In this document: positions 12,455 to 22,041 of the stretch, one piece after another
How the letters are laid out: the number at the start of each line of letters is the position of its first letter
Numbering within the stretch: the stretch's first letter is position 1
Translations under genes and position numbers: made by a program
Notes under the pieces: model-generated
What the model was told of the DNA's origin: nothing
What the model saw: only the letters and a program-made list of their open reading frames with translations
Database searches by the model: none
Assembly: GCA_965248575.1 (NCBI GenBank)
Contig: CBDFJQ010000002.1
Coordinates: forward strand, 3,488,001-3,552,000
Length of the DNA: 64,000 nt
Source of the DNA: Planctomycetota bacterium
GTDB lineage: Bacteria > Planctomycetota > B15-G4
Direction: 5' to 3'

Positions 12455-12981
12455 CAGAGTCGCTCCACCAGGGCGTCCCACTCGCCGCGCCCGCGCAGGA
12501 CGTACTCCACCAGATCGCGGACGGCTCCATGCCCGCCCGGAGACGGCAGCACGAGATCGACCCGTTCCAGGACATCCCGCGCAGCGTCTGCGGGACAGGC
12601 GGAGAGGGCTGCGAGGCGCAGGATGCCGAGGTCGGGGATGTCATCGCCCATGACGATGGTCTGGTCCGTGGTCACGCCGAAGTGCTCCAGGATCTCGTCG
12701 AAGACGGCCACCTTGTCCTTGACGCCCTCCCAGAACCGGCTGATGCGCAGCTCTCGCGCACGGCGCTCCACGGCCAGCCCCGAACGGCCGGTGAGGAAGG
12801 TGATGTGGTAGCCGGCGTCCCGCCAGACGGCCATGCCCGCACCGTCCCGGGTGTTGAAGGCCTTGATCTCGGTGTCGCCGTGCCCGCCCAGGTAGACGCC
12901 GCCGTCCGTGAGTACGCCATCCACATCCAGGACGATCAGCTTGAGCGGCTCGAGTTCGTCCTTCGGGATGGTGGTCGTCAC
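12451..12981 (-). CDS. kdsC: KDO 8-phosphate phosphatase (HAD family)
   Basis: LIVLDVDGVLTDG, KAFNTRDG, LTGR, MGDDIPDL, GGHGAVRD. Confidence 0.96.
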   Translation of the reverse strand: MTTTIPKDELEPLKLIVLDVDGVLTDGGVYLGGHGDTEIKAFNTRDGAGMAVWRDAGYHITFLTGRSGLAVERRARELRISRFWEGVKDKVAVFDEILEHFGVTTDQTIVMGDDIPDLGILRLAALSACPADAARDVLERVDLVLPSPGGHGAVRDLVEYVLRGRGEWDALVERLC

Positions 12982-13026
12982 GGGGGTCTCCAGCCAGGCG
13001 CGCCTGAGGGCTGGGAAGGGCGCGCG

Positions 13027-14037
13027 TTAATGGGCGTCGCTGAAACTCAGGGCGCGGATGTTGAGCAGGTCTTGGATGTCCAACAGACCCACTGGCTTGC
13101 CGTGCTCGTCCACGATGCCGAGCTGGTCGATCTGGCGTTCACGCAGGATGTGGAGCCCCGCGGCCACGAGGTCCTGGGGCCCCAGGGTGATGGGATCGCG
13201 GGTCATCACCTCGTCGATGGGCTTGATCATCATGTCGTAGTTGCCGGTTTCCTGGGCGTTCAACAGGCAACGCCGCAGGTCCCCATCGGTGTAGAAACCC
13301 TGGAATCGTCCGTCCTGACCCACCACAAGCACCGAGCCTGGCCGGCCCGGCGTGGTGGTCATGGCTTCCACGGCTTCCGCCAAGGTGGCGCCCGCCTGCA
13401 CCAGCGGCAGTCGTTCCCCCTGGCGCATGACCTCCTCGATCTTCATGAGGGAGCGGCCGAGGTTGCCGCCCGGATGGAAACGCGCAAACTCCTCGGTGGA
13501 GAACTTGCGCAGCTTGAGGACCTCCATGGCCAGGGCATCGCCCAGGGCCAGCATGACGGTCGTGCTGGTGGTGGGCGCCAGGCCCAAGGGGCAGACCTCC
13601 GTGACCTTGCCGTAGTCCAGGACGACGTCGGCGTGTTGGGCCAGCGGCGAGCTGCCCTCGGCGGTGATGGCGACGATCGAAGCGCCCACATCCCGCAGGG
13701 GGCCCACGAGGCGCAGGATCTCGTCGGTGGTGCCGCTGTTCGAGAGGGCCAGGACCACGTCGGCCCGGGTCACACGGCCGAGGTCACCGTGCAGGGCCTC
13801 GGCCGGATGAAGAAAGTCGGCCGGGGTGCCCGTGCTTGCCAAGGTGGCGCCGATCTTGCGCGCGATGATCCCCGCCTTGCCGATGCCCGTGGTGACCACA
13901 CGCCCTTCGCAAGCCGCCAGGAGCTTGGCGCCGCGCACGAAGTCCCCGTCCAGGGATTTCTCCAGCAGCGAGAGGGCTTCCGCTTCGGCGGCGAGCAGCT
14001 CGCGGGCCCCGCTGAGGATGTCCTGATCGTCGGTCAA
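13027..14037 (-). CDS. kdsD: Arabinose-5-phosphate isomerase, KpsF/GutQ family (SIS + 2 CBS)
   Basis: TGIGKAG, LASTGTP, HPAEALHGDLG, SNSGTT, LAPTTST, FHPGGNLG, CBS pair. Likely TTG start at 14037 with GGAG upstream (ORF open to 14103). Confidence 0.96.
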   Translation of the reverse strand: MTDDQDILSGARELLAAEAEALSLLEKSLDGDFVRGAKLLAACEGRVVTTGIGKAGIIARKIGATLASTGTPADFLHPAEALHGDLGRVTRADVVLALSNSGTTDEILRLVGPLRDVGASIVAITAEGSSPLAQHADVVLDYGKVTEVCPLGLAPTTSTTVMLALGDALAMEVLKLRKFSTEEFARFHPGGNLGRSLMKIEEVMRQGERLPLVQAGATLAEAVEAMTTTPGRPGSVLVVGQDGRFQGFYTDGDLRRCLLNAQETGNYDMMIKPIDEVMTRDPITLGPQDLVAAGLHILRERQIDQLGIVDEHGKPVGLLDIQDLLNIRALSFSDAH

Positions 14038-14156
14038 GAGAGGGGCTCCGCAGGGCCAGCCGAATCCTTTCGGCTTTGCAGCGAGCCCTGTGGATCGCTG
14101 CAAGAAAGACGGGCTAGAGTAGCGATTCCCTAGCCCAGAGCGCAGAACGAAGCCAC

Positions 14157-14888
14157 GTGCTGACGGACGAAACCATCACTTACATCGCGTTCTTCGGGGT
14201 CCTGCTGCTGTCTCTCAGTTGGCACGAGGCGGCCCATGCCTGGGTGGCGGACAAGCTGGGCGACCCCACGGCCCGCGAGCTGGGGCGGGTGACCCTCAAC
14301 CCCCTGAAGCACCTGGATCCGTTCCTGTCGGTGATCCTGCCGGTCGTCTTGTTCCTGGTGGCGGGGGTGGCGCTAGCTGGGGGCAAGCCGGTTCCCGTTC
14401 GTGTGCAGCACTTCAAGCGGCCCACACGGGACTTTATGTTCGTGGCCCTGGCGGGGCCGGGCTCCAACATCCTGATGGCCCTGCTCTTCGGGTTGCTGCT
14501 CGTGGTGGCCACCTGGGCTGAGTGGGTGAACGTCTCGGACTTCAGCCATCTGGGCCGGCCCGACATCGTGAGCCAGCCGAGCCTCGCTCGTGAACCGGAG
14601 AGCACGTTCGAACTCGTGCTGCACCTGGGCGTGCTGCTCAACGTGGCCCTCGCCATGTTCAACCTCATCCCCATCCCGCCCCTGGACGGTTCGCGCGTGA
14701 TCGGTTGGTTGCTACCAAGGGTCGCCCAGCGGGCTTGGTACTCCCTCGACAGGGTGGGCATCGTGTTGGTGCTCCTGCTGATCTACGGCTTCGATGGCAT
14801 CGATCAGTTCATGGGTCTGCTGATGGGCGTTATCCGGGAATACGACGTCCTGCTGATCTGGTTGATGGACCACAACCCGCTCGCCTGA
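14157..14888 (+). CDS. Site-2 protease, M50 family
   Basis: HEAAH zinc motif, GDPTA..GR.TLNPLKHLDP, ALAGP.SN, FNLIPIPPLDG. Confidence 0.95.
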   Translation: MLTDETITYIAFFGVLLLSLSWHEAAHAWVADKLGDPTARELGRVTLNPLKHLDPFLSVILPVVLFLVAGVALAGGKPVPVRVQHFKRPTRDFMFVALAGPGSNILMALLFGLLLVVATWAEWVNVSDFSHLGRPDIVSQPSLAREPESTFELVLHLGVLLNVALAMFNLIPIPPLDGSRVIGWLLPRVAQRAWYSLDRVGIVLVLLLIYGFDGIDQFMGLLMGVIREYDVLLIWLMDHNPLA

Positions 14889-14954
14889 GTACCCTCAACC
14901 TGCCTGCGTCGCACTTCATGCCGCACACTTGGACCGACCACCTGACCGACACCC

Positions 14955-15857
14955 ATGACTGACCAGGTCTTCGAACTCGACAACTATCGCGGTCCCCTGG
15001 ATCTGCTGCTGCACCTCATCCGAGAGCAGGAGATGGAGATCCTGGACGTGGACCTCTCGCGCCTCTGCGACCAGTACCTGGCGGCGCTCGAGCTCATGAA
15101 GGCCGTGGACATCGACATCGCGGGGGAGTTTCTGGTGTTGGCCTCCACGCTGATCCTGGTGAAGTCGCGTTCGATCCTGCCCCGGGAAGAGGAAGTGGAC
15201 CTGGAGGAGGAGCTGGACCCCGGCGACGAGCTGATCCAGCAGCTGCTCGAGTACCGCAAGTTCAAGTCGCTCTCCATGGAACTCGGGGACAGGGCTGCTG
15301 ACGCCGCCCTGCGCCACCCGCGTGGTGCGAGTGAAGTGCCGCCCGAACCGGGTGTGGAGCTGGCCGAGATCGGGCTCTGGGACCTGGTGGGCTCCTTCGT
15401 GCGGCTCATGGAAGAGCTGGGGCTCAAGCGCGAGTTCCACACCCTGACGCTCGAGAAGCCTCTGCGGGAGTACATGCGCGACACCCTCCGGCACCTGTCG
15501 TCCAGCGGGGACTGGACCCTCAAGGACCTCGTCATGAAGTCTGGCGGCGAGAGTGCCGTGCTAGGCATCTTTCTCTCGATGCTGGAATTGGTGAAGACGC
15601 AGCAGATCGTGGTGGTCCAGGAAGCGACGAACGCGCCCATCAGCGTCGCTCTGCGCGAGGACCGCGATCCGAGCCTGCTGCACTTCCCCATGGAAGATGA
15701 CGAGCTGGAAGGGCAGCCAGGGTCCGAGGACGACGAGCCTCAGCCGAACCCTGCGGCCGTCCAGGAGGCTGACACCTCGGACAGCTTGGCCGCATCGGAC
15801 GAGGACAGTATCGTATCCCCCCTCTTGCCGCGGGCTGACGAAGCCGCGGGCAGCTGA
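14955..15857 (+). CDS. scpA: Segregation/condensation protein A (kleisin)
   Basis: YRGPLDLLLHLI, DQYL, AGEFLVLASTLILVKSRSILP, ELIQQLLEYRKFK, FLSMLELVK. Confidence 0.95.
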   Translation: MTDQVFELDNYRGPLDLLLHLIREQEMEILDVDLSRLCDQYLAALELMKAVDIDIAGEFLVLASTLILVKSRSILPREEEVDLEEELDPGDELIQQLLEYRKFKSLSMELGDRAADAALRHPRGASEVPPEPGVELAEIGLWDLVGSFVRLMEELGLKREFHTLTLEKPLREYMRDTLRHLSSSGDWTLKDLVMKSGGESAVLGIFLSMLELVKTQQIVVVQEATNAPISVALREDRDPSLLHFPMEDDELEGQPGSEDDEPQPNPAAVQEADTSDSLAASDEDSIVSPLLPRADEAAGS

Positions 15858-15946
15858 CGCTTCCGCGCCCTGCCAAGCGGCGACTATTTTTGTACTGATC
15901 CCTGTCGCCAGACAGGCACGACACGACACACCCGAAAGGACCATCG

Positions 15947-16288
15947 ATGGCCGGCAACACGCGCGAATTCACGGATGCAAACTTCCAGACCGACGTCATC
16001 AAGTCGGAGCTTCCCGTGGTGGTGGACCTCTGGGCGGACTGGTGTGCTCCCTGCAGGGCCATCGCTCCGACCATCGAAGCGCTCGCCGAGGAGCTCGCTG
16101 GCAAGGTCACCATCGGCAAGATGGACATCACGGCCAACCCGCAGACGCCCAGCTCCATGGGCGTCACCGCCATCCCCACCATCCTGCTCTTCAAGGGCGG
16201 CAAGGAAGTGGGTCGCATGGTCGGTTCCGGCAAGACCCCGGATGACTTCAAGAAGGAGTTCTCCAAGGTCTTCGGCGTCGCGGTCTAG
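15947..16288 (+). CDS. trxA: Thioredoxin
   Basis: VVVDLWADWCAPCR, cis-Pro motif AIPTILLFKGG; AAGGA RBS. Confidence 0.95.
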   Translation: MAGNTREFTDANFQTDVIKSELPVVVDLWADWCAPCRAIAPTIEALAEELAGKVTIGKMDITANPQTPSSMGVTAIPTILLFKGGKEVGRMVGSGKTPDDFKKEFSKVFGVAV

Positions 16289-16319
16289 TTGACGGGCGGC
16301 AGCGGAGCGCCCAGCGATC

Positions 16320-17249
16320 ATGCGTGTCACGCTGCTGGCCTCGGCTGCCTTCGCCCGCCCCACTCTCGATGCCTTGTTGGCCGAGGGGTATGAGGTGTCT
16401 GTCGGAACGCAACCTGCTCGGCGAGCGGGTCGCGGCCGAGGCATGCGCCCCACGGAGATCGGCGCCCACGTCGCGGCCCTGGGTTTCGAGGCGCAGGAGC
16501 TGGAGGACATCAACGACCCTGACGGCCTCGCCTGGCTGACGTCCACGAGCCCCGATCTGGTCGTGGTGGTGGCTTTCGGCCAGAAGTTGGGGCCGGTCGT
16601 GCGCAAGGTGGCCCCTTGGGGGTGCATCAACATCCACCCTTCCTTGCTGCCTCGCTGGCGCGGTGCGGCACCCGTGCAGGCTGCGGTCATGGCCGGCGAT
16701 GAGCACACCGGGGTGTGCATCATCGATGTGGTGGAGCGCATGGATGCGGGTGCGACCCTGGCCTGCAGCGAGACGAACATCGGTCGCAAGACTTCCGCCG
16801 AGCTGCTGGACGAGCTGGCGCTGGAAGGTGCCCGGCTCTTGGTGCAGACCATCAATCACATGGCGTCCGGCGAAGTGCTGCGCAAAGCGCAGGACGAGGA
16901 GCAGGTCACCCGCACGAAGAAGCTGCACAAGGACGACGGTCGGGTGCGCTGGGAGCACACCAACCGCGAGGTGGATTGCCGCGTGCGCGGTGTGACACCG
17001 ACCCCAGGGGCCTTTGCGATACTGGAGGATGGCAGCGCCTTGCGCATCCTGAAGGGCGAGCCGGTGCCCTGCGCGCGCGGGCACCTGCCCGGTGAGATCA
17101 TCCAGTCCAGCTCCGACGGGATCTACGTGGCCTGCGGGACAGGCGCCTACCTCATCAACCGGCTGCAGCGAGCCGGCGGCAAACCCCTTGATGCCGACGC
17201 CTTCCTGCGTGGGTTCTCACTGACAGAAGGCACGAGGCTGGGTCCATGA
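16320..17249 (+). CDS. fmt: Methionyl-tRNA formyltransferase
   Basis: TQP.R..GRG, VVAFGQ, INIHPSLLPRWRGAAP, MDAG, LQRAGGKPLDA..F.RG. Confidence 0.96.
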   Translation: MRVTLLASAAFARPTLDALLAEGYEVSVGTQPARRAGRGRGMRPTEIGAHVAALGFEAQELEDINDPDGLAWLTSTSPDLVVVVAFGQKLGPVVRKVAPWGCINIHPSLLPRWRGAAPVQAAVMAGDEHTGVCIIDVVERMDAGATLACSETNIGRKTSAELLDELALEGARLLVQTINHMASGEVLRKAQDEEQVTRTKKLHKDDGRVRWEHTNREVDCRVRGVTPTPGAFAILEDGSALRILKGEPVPCARGHLPGEIIQSSSDGIYVACGTGAYLINRLQRAGGKPLDADAFLRGFSLTEGTRLGP

Positions 17250-18553
17250 GACAGAGAGCCCTTTCCATCCTGGAGCGGGTCGAGTCCGGCCGTGGTTTCG
17301 CCGAGCACCTCCTGAACAGGGAAGACCCTCCCTTTGTGCGCGAGCTGGTCTATGGCGTTCTGCGCCGACAGCTCACCCTGGATTCCATTCACGACGCCTA
17401 CGGCAAGCGCGCTGCGGCGAAGCTGGATGCGCCGATCCGGGCGGCCGTGCGCATCGGCCTCTACCAACTGATCTTCCTGGACGGCATCCCCAGCCATGCG
17501 GCCGTCGCAGAGGCCGTGGGTGCCCTGAAGCTGCATTCCCATCGCGCCTACGCCAACGGCGTGCTGCGCCGGATTGCCCGGGAAGCCAACATCGTGGAGC
17601 CCGGCCGCGACCGCGGGGGCGCCCACCCCAGCAAGCGTTTCGAACGCCCGGGCCGCATGGTGTGCTTCTTCACCCGCGCCGTTTTCCCGGACCCAGAGGT
17701 CGATCGCGTCCGCTACCTCTCCGCCTATCACAGCCACCCGGAGTTCCTGGTGCGGCGCTGGGTGGAGCGGGTGGGCGAAGAACAGGCCGTGGCCTGGATG
17801 GAGGAGGGCAACACCGTGCCGCGACTCTTCCTTCGGCCTCGTGCAGGGCTGGCCGAGGCCGCCGGGCTCGTGGAGCGGCTGGCGCAGGAAGGGGTGACCG
17901 CGGGTGTGGCGTCGCGCGAGGACGGCGCCGACGCCGTGGAAGTGGTGGGCAAGACGCGCAGCTTGCTCACGGGGCGATCCTTCCGGCAGGGCTTCTTCAC
18001 CGTGCAGGATGTGCTGCAGATGGATGCGGTCGAGATCCTGGACCCGGCCCCCGGCGAGGTCATCTGGGATGCCTGCGCTGCTCCCGGCGGCAAGACCGCC
18101 CAGATCGCTGAACTCCTGGATGGCCAAGGTCGGGTGGTGGCGACGGACCATCGCGAGCCGCGCCTGGATCGGGTGCTGGAGACCGTCAACCGGCTGGCGC
18201 TCAAGAACGTCGAGGTGTCGGAGCACGATCTGTTCTCCGAGGACGATCCCCCCGGCAAACCGGACAAGGGGTTCGACGCCATCCTGCTCGACGCTCCCTG
18301 CAGCAACACGGCGGTGCTGGGACGTCGCCCCGAGGCTCGCTGGCGGCTCGAACCCGGCACCTTCGATGAGATGGCTGCGCTGCAGACGCGCATGATCGAC
18401 GCCGTGCGGCGGCATCTCGCGCCGGGCGGGCGGCTCATCTTCTCCAGCTGCAGTCGTGAGCCGGAGGAGGGTGAGCAACACGCTTTGCTCAAGACCCGCT
18501 CCCCCTTCGTCTGGTTCGTGAAGACTCCCGGATCGACCGTACCCTCGGCCTGA
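17246..18553 (+). CDS. rsmB: 16S rRNA m5C967 methyltransferase RsmB/Sun (NusB-like N-domain)
   Basis: ELVYGVLR, IGLYQL, ANGVLR, SHP, DACAAPGGKT, LLDAPCS, FSSCS; ATGA overlap with fmt. Confidence 0.9.
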   Translation: MRQRALSILERVESGRGFAEHLLNREDPPFVRELVYGVLRRQLTLDSIHDAYGKRAAAKLDAPIRAAVRIGLYQLIFLDGIPSHAAVAEAVGALKLHSHRAYANGVLRRIAREANIVEPGRDRGGAHPSKRFERPGRMVCFFTRAVFPDPEVDRVRYLSAYHSHPEFLVRRWVERVGEEQAVAWMEEGNTVPRLFLRPRAGLAEAAGLVERLAQEGVTAGVASREDGADAVEVVGKTRSLLTGRSFRQGFFTVQDVLQMDAVEILDPAPGEVIWDACAAPGGKTAQIAELLDGQGRVVATDHREPRLDRVLETVNRLALKNVEVSEHDLFSEDDPPGKPDKGFDAILLDAPCSNTAVLGRRPEARWRLEPGTFDEMAALQTRMIDAVRRHLAPGGRLIFSSCSREPEEGEQHALLKTRSPFVWFVKTPGSTVPSA

Positions 18554-18557
18554 CGCC

Positions 18558-19403
18558 ATGCGCCTCGGCTACAACACGAACGGCTTCCCGCAGCATGAGC
18601 TGGCCGATGTGTGCCGGATCCTCGCGGGCCTCGGCTACGACGGCATCTCCATCACGCCCGATGTCCTGCAGCTGAACCCCTTTTCGGCAGGTGCGGAGGC
18701 CGAGGCACGGGAACTGCGGGTGCTCGTGCAGGATCTTGGGCTCGCCGTGGCCTTGGAGACGGGTGCGCGCTTCCTGTACGACCCCATGCGCAAGCACCAG
18801 CCGACGCTGCTGTCGGGGCCCGAGGGTGCGCAGCAGCGCCTGGATGGCTTGCGACGCTGTCAGGATCTGGCCCACCTCCTGGGGGCGGAGAGCTTCTCTT
18901 TCTGGTCGGGGATCTTCGGCGACGGCCTGTCCGCAGCGCCCTCCCGTGACGAGCAGTTCGACCGCCTCTGCAGCGGCGCACGCGTGCTGCTCGACGCCGG
19001 GGCCGGGAGCCCGACGAGCCTTTGCTTCGAGCCCGAGCCCGGCATGTTGGTGGCTTCGCTCTCGGATCTCGACCAGTTCCTGGGGAGGCTCGACCGCCCC
19101 GAGTTGAAGCTCATGTTGGACGTGGGCCACGTGCCCGTGACGGAGACGGCGCCCCCGGCGCAGGTGCTTCGTGAACGCTCAGCCCAGCTTGGCGGTCTGC
19201 AGCTGGATGACAGCCGGGATGCACGACACGAGCATCTGTTTCCGGGCGACGGTCAGATCCAATGGCCCGAAGTCTTGCGGGCCGTGCGCGACGTGAACTT
19301 CCAGGGTCTGGCGAGCCTGGAGCTGCCGCGCCACGGGCACGATCCCGTGAACACGGCCCGTCGTGCGCTGGAGTATTTCCGGCAGCTCGAGGGTGCGCTC
19401 TAG
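18558..19403 (+). CDS. Sugar-phosphate isomerase/epimerase, xylose-isomerase-like TIM barrel
   Basis: GYDGI, FEPEPG, LDVGH, HEHL.PGDG.I.W, SLEL metal-ligand pattern. Confidence 0.85.
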   Translation: MRLGYNTNGFPQHELADVCRILAGLGYDGISITPDVLQLNPFSAGAEAEARELRVLVQDLGLAVALETGARFLYDPMRKHQPTLLSGPEGAQQRLDGLRRCQDLAHLLGAESFSFWSGIFGDGLSAAPSRDEQFDRLCSGARVLLDAGAGSPTSLCFEPEPGMLVASLSDLDQFLGRLDRPELKLMLDVGHVPVTETAPPAQVLRERSAQLGGLQLDDSRDARHEHLFPGDGQIQWPEVLRAVRDVNFQGLASLELPRHGHDPVNTARRALEYFRQLEGAL

Positions 19404-19450
19404 CAGCCCTCGTTGCAGCCCCACGCCGTGCTGATCGCCTCGCGGCGAAC

Positions 19451-20713
19451 TCAGCTGGCTTCAGCGGCCGCCACGCCTGCGAGCTTGTGCAGCTCGTCAT
19501 CCTCGAGCAGCTTGTTGGACTCCTTGGCGGCAAAGAACAGGCGATCGACGCGCTCTGCCGTGGGCTCGTAGCCGTTCACCTTGAGCCAGTAGACGACGTT
19601 GGATTTGCCGCTCATGGGGCCCACGCGAATGATCTGGGCCAGGCCGAAGTCGTCGGCGGGCACCCCGGAGTAGACCCGGTTCGCCAGCCACTCGTCCCCC
19701 TTCTCCTGGGCCTTGATGACAGCGGCCGCGTGCACACCTGTGCCCGTCTCAAAGGCATCCCGGCCGAAGACGGGATAGCCGACGGGGATCGGCACACCGG
19801 TAGACTTGCTGGTCAGGTTGACGTAGTCGCCAAGCTTGGTGAGGTCGTGATCGAACCAACCGGCGAGCTTCAGGTTCACCAGCAGCAGGTCCATGGGGCA
19901 GTTCCCGGCGCGCTCGCCGATACCCAGCCCCGTGCCGTGCAGGCGGTGGGCGCCGGCGCGCAGGGCGGCCACGGCGTTGGGGACACCGAGGCCGCGGTCC
20001 ATGTGGCCGTGCCAGTCGATCTTCACATCGTCCCGGCCGCTCTCCTTGACGAGTTCCACGCCCCAGCGAATCAGGTTCACGGCGCCTTCGGGGATGGAGT
20101 GCCCCACGGTGTCGCAGAAGCACAGGCGCTTGGTGGCAGGCGACTCGAGGGCAGCACCGTACAGCGCACGCAAGGTCTCGGGATGAGCGCGCGTCGTGTC
20201 CTCGGTCACGAACATCACTTCGAGGTTCTCTTGCTCGGCGAACTTCAGCGCCTCGGTCGAGTGCTTCAGCATGGTCTTGAGATCCCAGTCCTCGGTATAC
20301 GCCCGGATCTGGCTACTGCCGATGAAGGTCGAGGTCTCGATGGGCACGCCGGTCTTCTGCTGGATCTCCGCCACGGGGGCGATGTCGGCGATCACGGTTC
20401 GTGCGGCGCAGTTGGGTTCGAGATCCAGCTGTTCGTCGCGGATCACTTCGACCAGCTCAGTCACTACGTCGACCACGTGCTTGCCGGCGCCGGGCAGGCC
20501 GACGTTGGCATAGCGGATGCCCAGCTGGCTCATGAGCCGCAGCAGCTCGATGCGGTCGGCCATGGGCGGGGCCTGGACCGAGGGGCACTGCAGTCCGTCC
20601 CGCAGGGTCTCGTCGTCCAGCTCGATGGTGTGGCGCGGCGGGTAGAGATCCTGGACCAGGTTCCAGTCGTAGATCAGATCTTCGCGGCCTTGCTCGCTGC
20701 TGGGGTCGGTCAT
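19451..20713 (-). CDS. LeuA-family DRE-TIM synthase (2-isopropylmalate synthase-like, no regulatory domain)
   Basis: DETLRDGLQ, EDTTR, CDTVG, HGHMDRG, GIGERAGN, GVH, GPMSGKSN; ends after subdomain II. ATG at 20713 (ORF open to 20749). Confidence 0.88.
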   Translation of the reverse strand: MTDPSSEQGREDLIYDWNLVQDLYPPRHTIELDDETLRDGLQCPSVQAPPMADRIELLRLMSQLGIRYANVGLPGAGKHVVDVVTELVEVIRDEQLDLEPNCAARTVIADIAPVAEIQQKTGVPIETSTFIGSSQIRAYTEDWDLKTMLKHSTEALKFAEQENLEVMFVTEDTTRAHPETLRALYGAALESPATKRLCFCDTVGHSIPEGAVNLIRWGVELVKESGRDDVKIDWHGHMDRGLGVPNAVAALRAGAHRLHGTGLGIGERAGNCPMDLLLVNLKLAGWFDHDLTKLGDYVNLTSKSTGVPIPVGYPVFGRDAFETGTGVHAAAVIKAQEKGDEWLANRVYSGVPADDFGLAQIIRVGPMSGKSNVVYWLKVNGYEPTAERVDRLFFAAKESNKLLEDDELHKLAGVAAAEAS

Positions 20714-20875
20714 GGGGTGGCGCCCTGCGTCTGGATTCACGGAACTCACCGGATGGGGTGAGTCGCGGCTTGGGTACCTGCCGCTGAGCCCAGCATTCTA
20801 GCTTTCCAAGGCACTTTGGATCTTCAGGCTCTCCCGCGAAACACTCTCACGGGGCCCAGCCAGGCCCTGAGACGC

Positions 20876-21925
20876 TCAGCTTCCGAACCCGCTGCCGTCC
20901 ATGTCGTCGAAGAAGGGATCCGACGAGTCCAGCTGCTGGAGGTAGGCGTGGAAGTCCAAGCGGTGGTCCGAGTCGATGGGGATCGTTTCGCCGAGCATGG
21001 CGGCGATGACCTCGGGTGGCAGGGAGGCGTCCGCGGTGAGGTCCTTGCCAGCGTAGGCACCTTCCAGTCGCAGCAGTCCGGCTTCAGCCAGCGGGGTCAG
21101 GATGCTCCGGTTCTCAAGCAGCTCCGCCTCGCTTTCGCTGACCAGCTTCACCAGGTCGACCGCATCGACCGCACCAACTCCCTCGAGCACCTCCTGGAAG
21201 AGGATCGTGGCGAGAATGACGAGATCGGAGTCTTGGAGGGAATGCTGGCGACGGAGTTCGAGCAGCGGCAGCTTGGCGGAGTCGGGCGTGGCCCGGAGGC
21301 GATCAGCAATCCGCAGCGTCTCGAGCTGGGCCCGCTGAACGAGCACGGCTGTCCCATCGCGCACCTCGATGCCGGTGCCGGTCCAGGGGTCGAGATGAAA
21401 CACCCGGGCAGCCCGACGCCGGTAATGCAGGGACAGGCGCCGCAGCTCCCCCAGGATCTCGGTGTTGGAGCGGAAGGCCCCAGAGGGCTGGCGCTGTTCG
21501 GCGGGGGCACTCTGGCCAAAGATCTCGCAGGCCAACCGGAAGAGGTGGTCACTCAGGCGATACAGGATGTCGTGTGCCTCGGCTGCATTCTCCGGCACGA
21601 CCTCTGGGATGAGCAGTCCGTGGTTGGTGAGGGGGGCGGTAGCATCCAGACGGGCCAGGGCTTCCAGACGCGATGCACTTCCATCGCCGACCGCCAACGC
21701 GAGGTCCTTGCCAGAGCTCGCGGCTTCGCCCGCCAGGCGGGCCCCGAGGGTCGACAGGATCAGCGCCACATCGACGCTCTCTAGACCATGGCTCTCAAGC
21801 ACCTCGAAGAAGGGGCCCGAGCGCGGCCGCGCTTCGATCTGGCGCAAGCGATCAGGGAGCGCTGCGTCCACCGCATCGAGCAGCTGTCGGAGGGCTTCTT
21901 GGTTCGTGGGTGGTTTCGCGGTCAT
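20876..21925 (-). CDS. Hypothetical protein with two tandem winged-helix-like repeats
   Basis: 349-aa ORF with protein-like composition and a visible internal duplication; no Walker motifs. Confidence 0.7.
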   Translation of the reverse strand: MTAKPPTNQEALRQLLDAVDAALPDRLRQIEARPRSGPFFEVLESHGLESVDVALILSTLGARLAGEAASSGKDLALAVGDGSASRLEALARLDATAPLTNHGLLIPEVVPENAAEAHDILYRLSDHLFRLACEIFGQSAPAEQRQPSGAFRSNTEILGELRRLSLHYRRRAARVFHLDPWTGTGIEVRDGTAVLVQRAQLETLRIADRLRATPDSAKLPLLELRRQHSLQDSDLVILATILFQEVLEGVGAVDAVDLVKLVSESEAELLENRSILTPLAEAGLLRLEGAYAGKDLTADASLPPEVIAAMLGETIPIDSDHRLDFHAYLQQLDSSDPFFDDMDGSGFGS

Positions 21926-22041
21926 GAATCAGGGCTTCGACATGAGAAAGTACCTCGATTGGCCGGAGTAACCCGGTTGACGGATGGTCGGCGGAGGAAT
22001 CGACGGATACCCTCCTGCCTCTCTACAGACGGTGCTGCGCC

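Noticed and set aside
18558..20713. TIM-barrel isomerase plus LeuA-like gene as a secondary-metabolite or ebo-type cluster
   Set aside because: The genes are convergent, and no prenyltransferase, cyclase or other cluster members are nearby.
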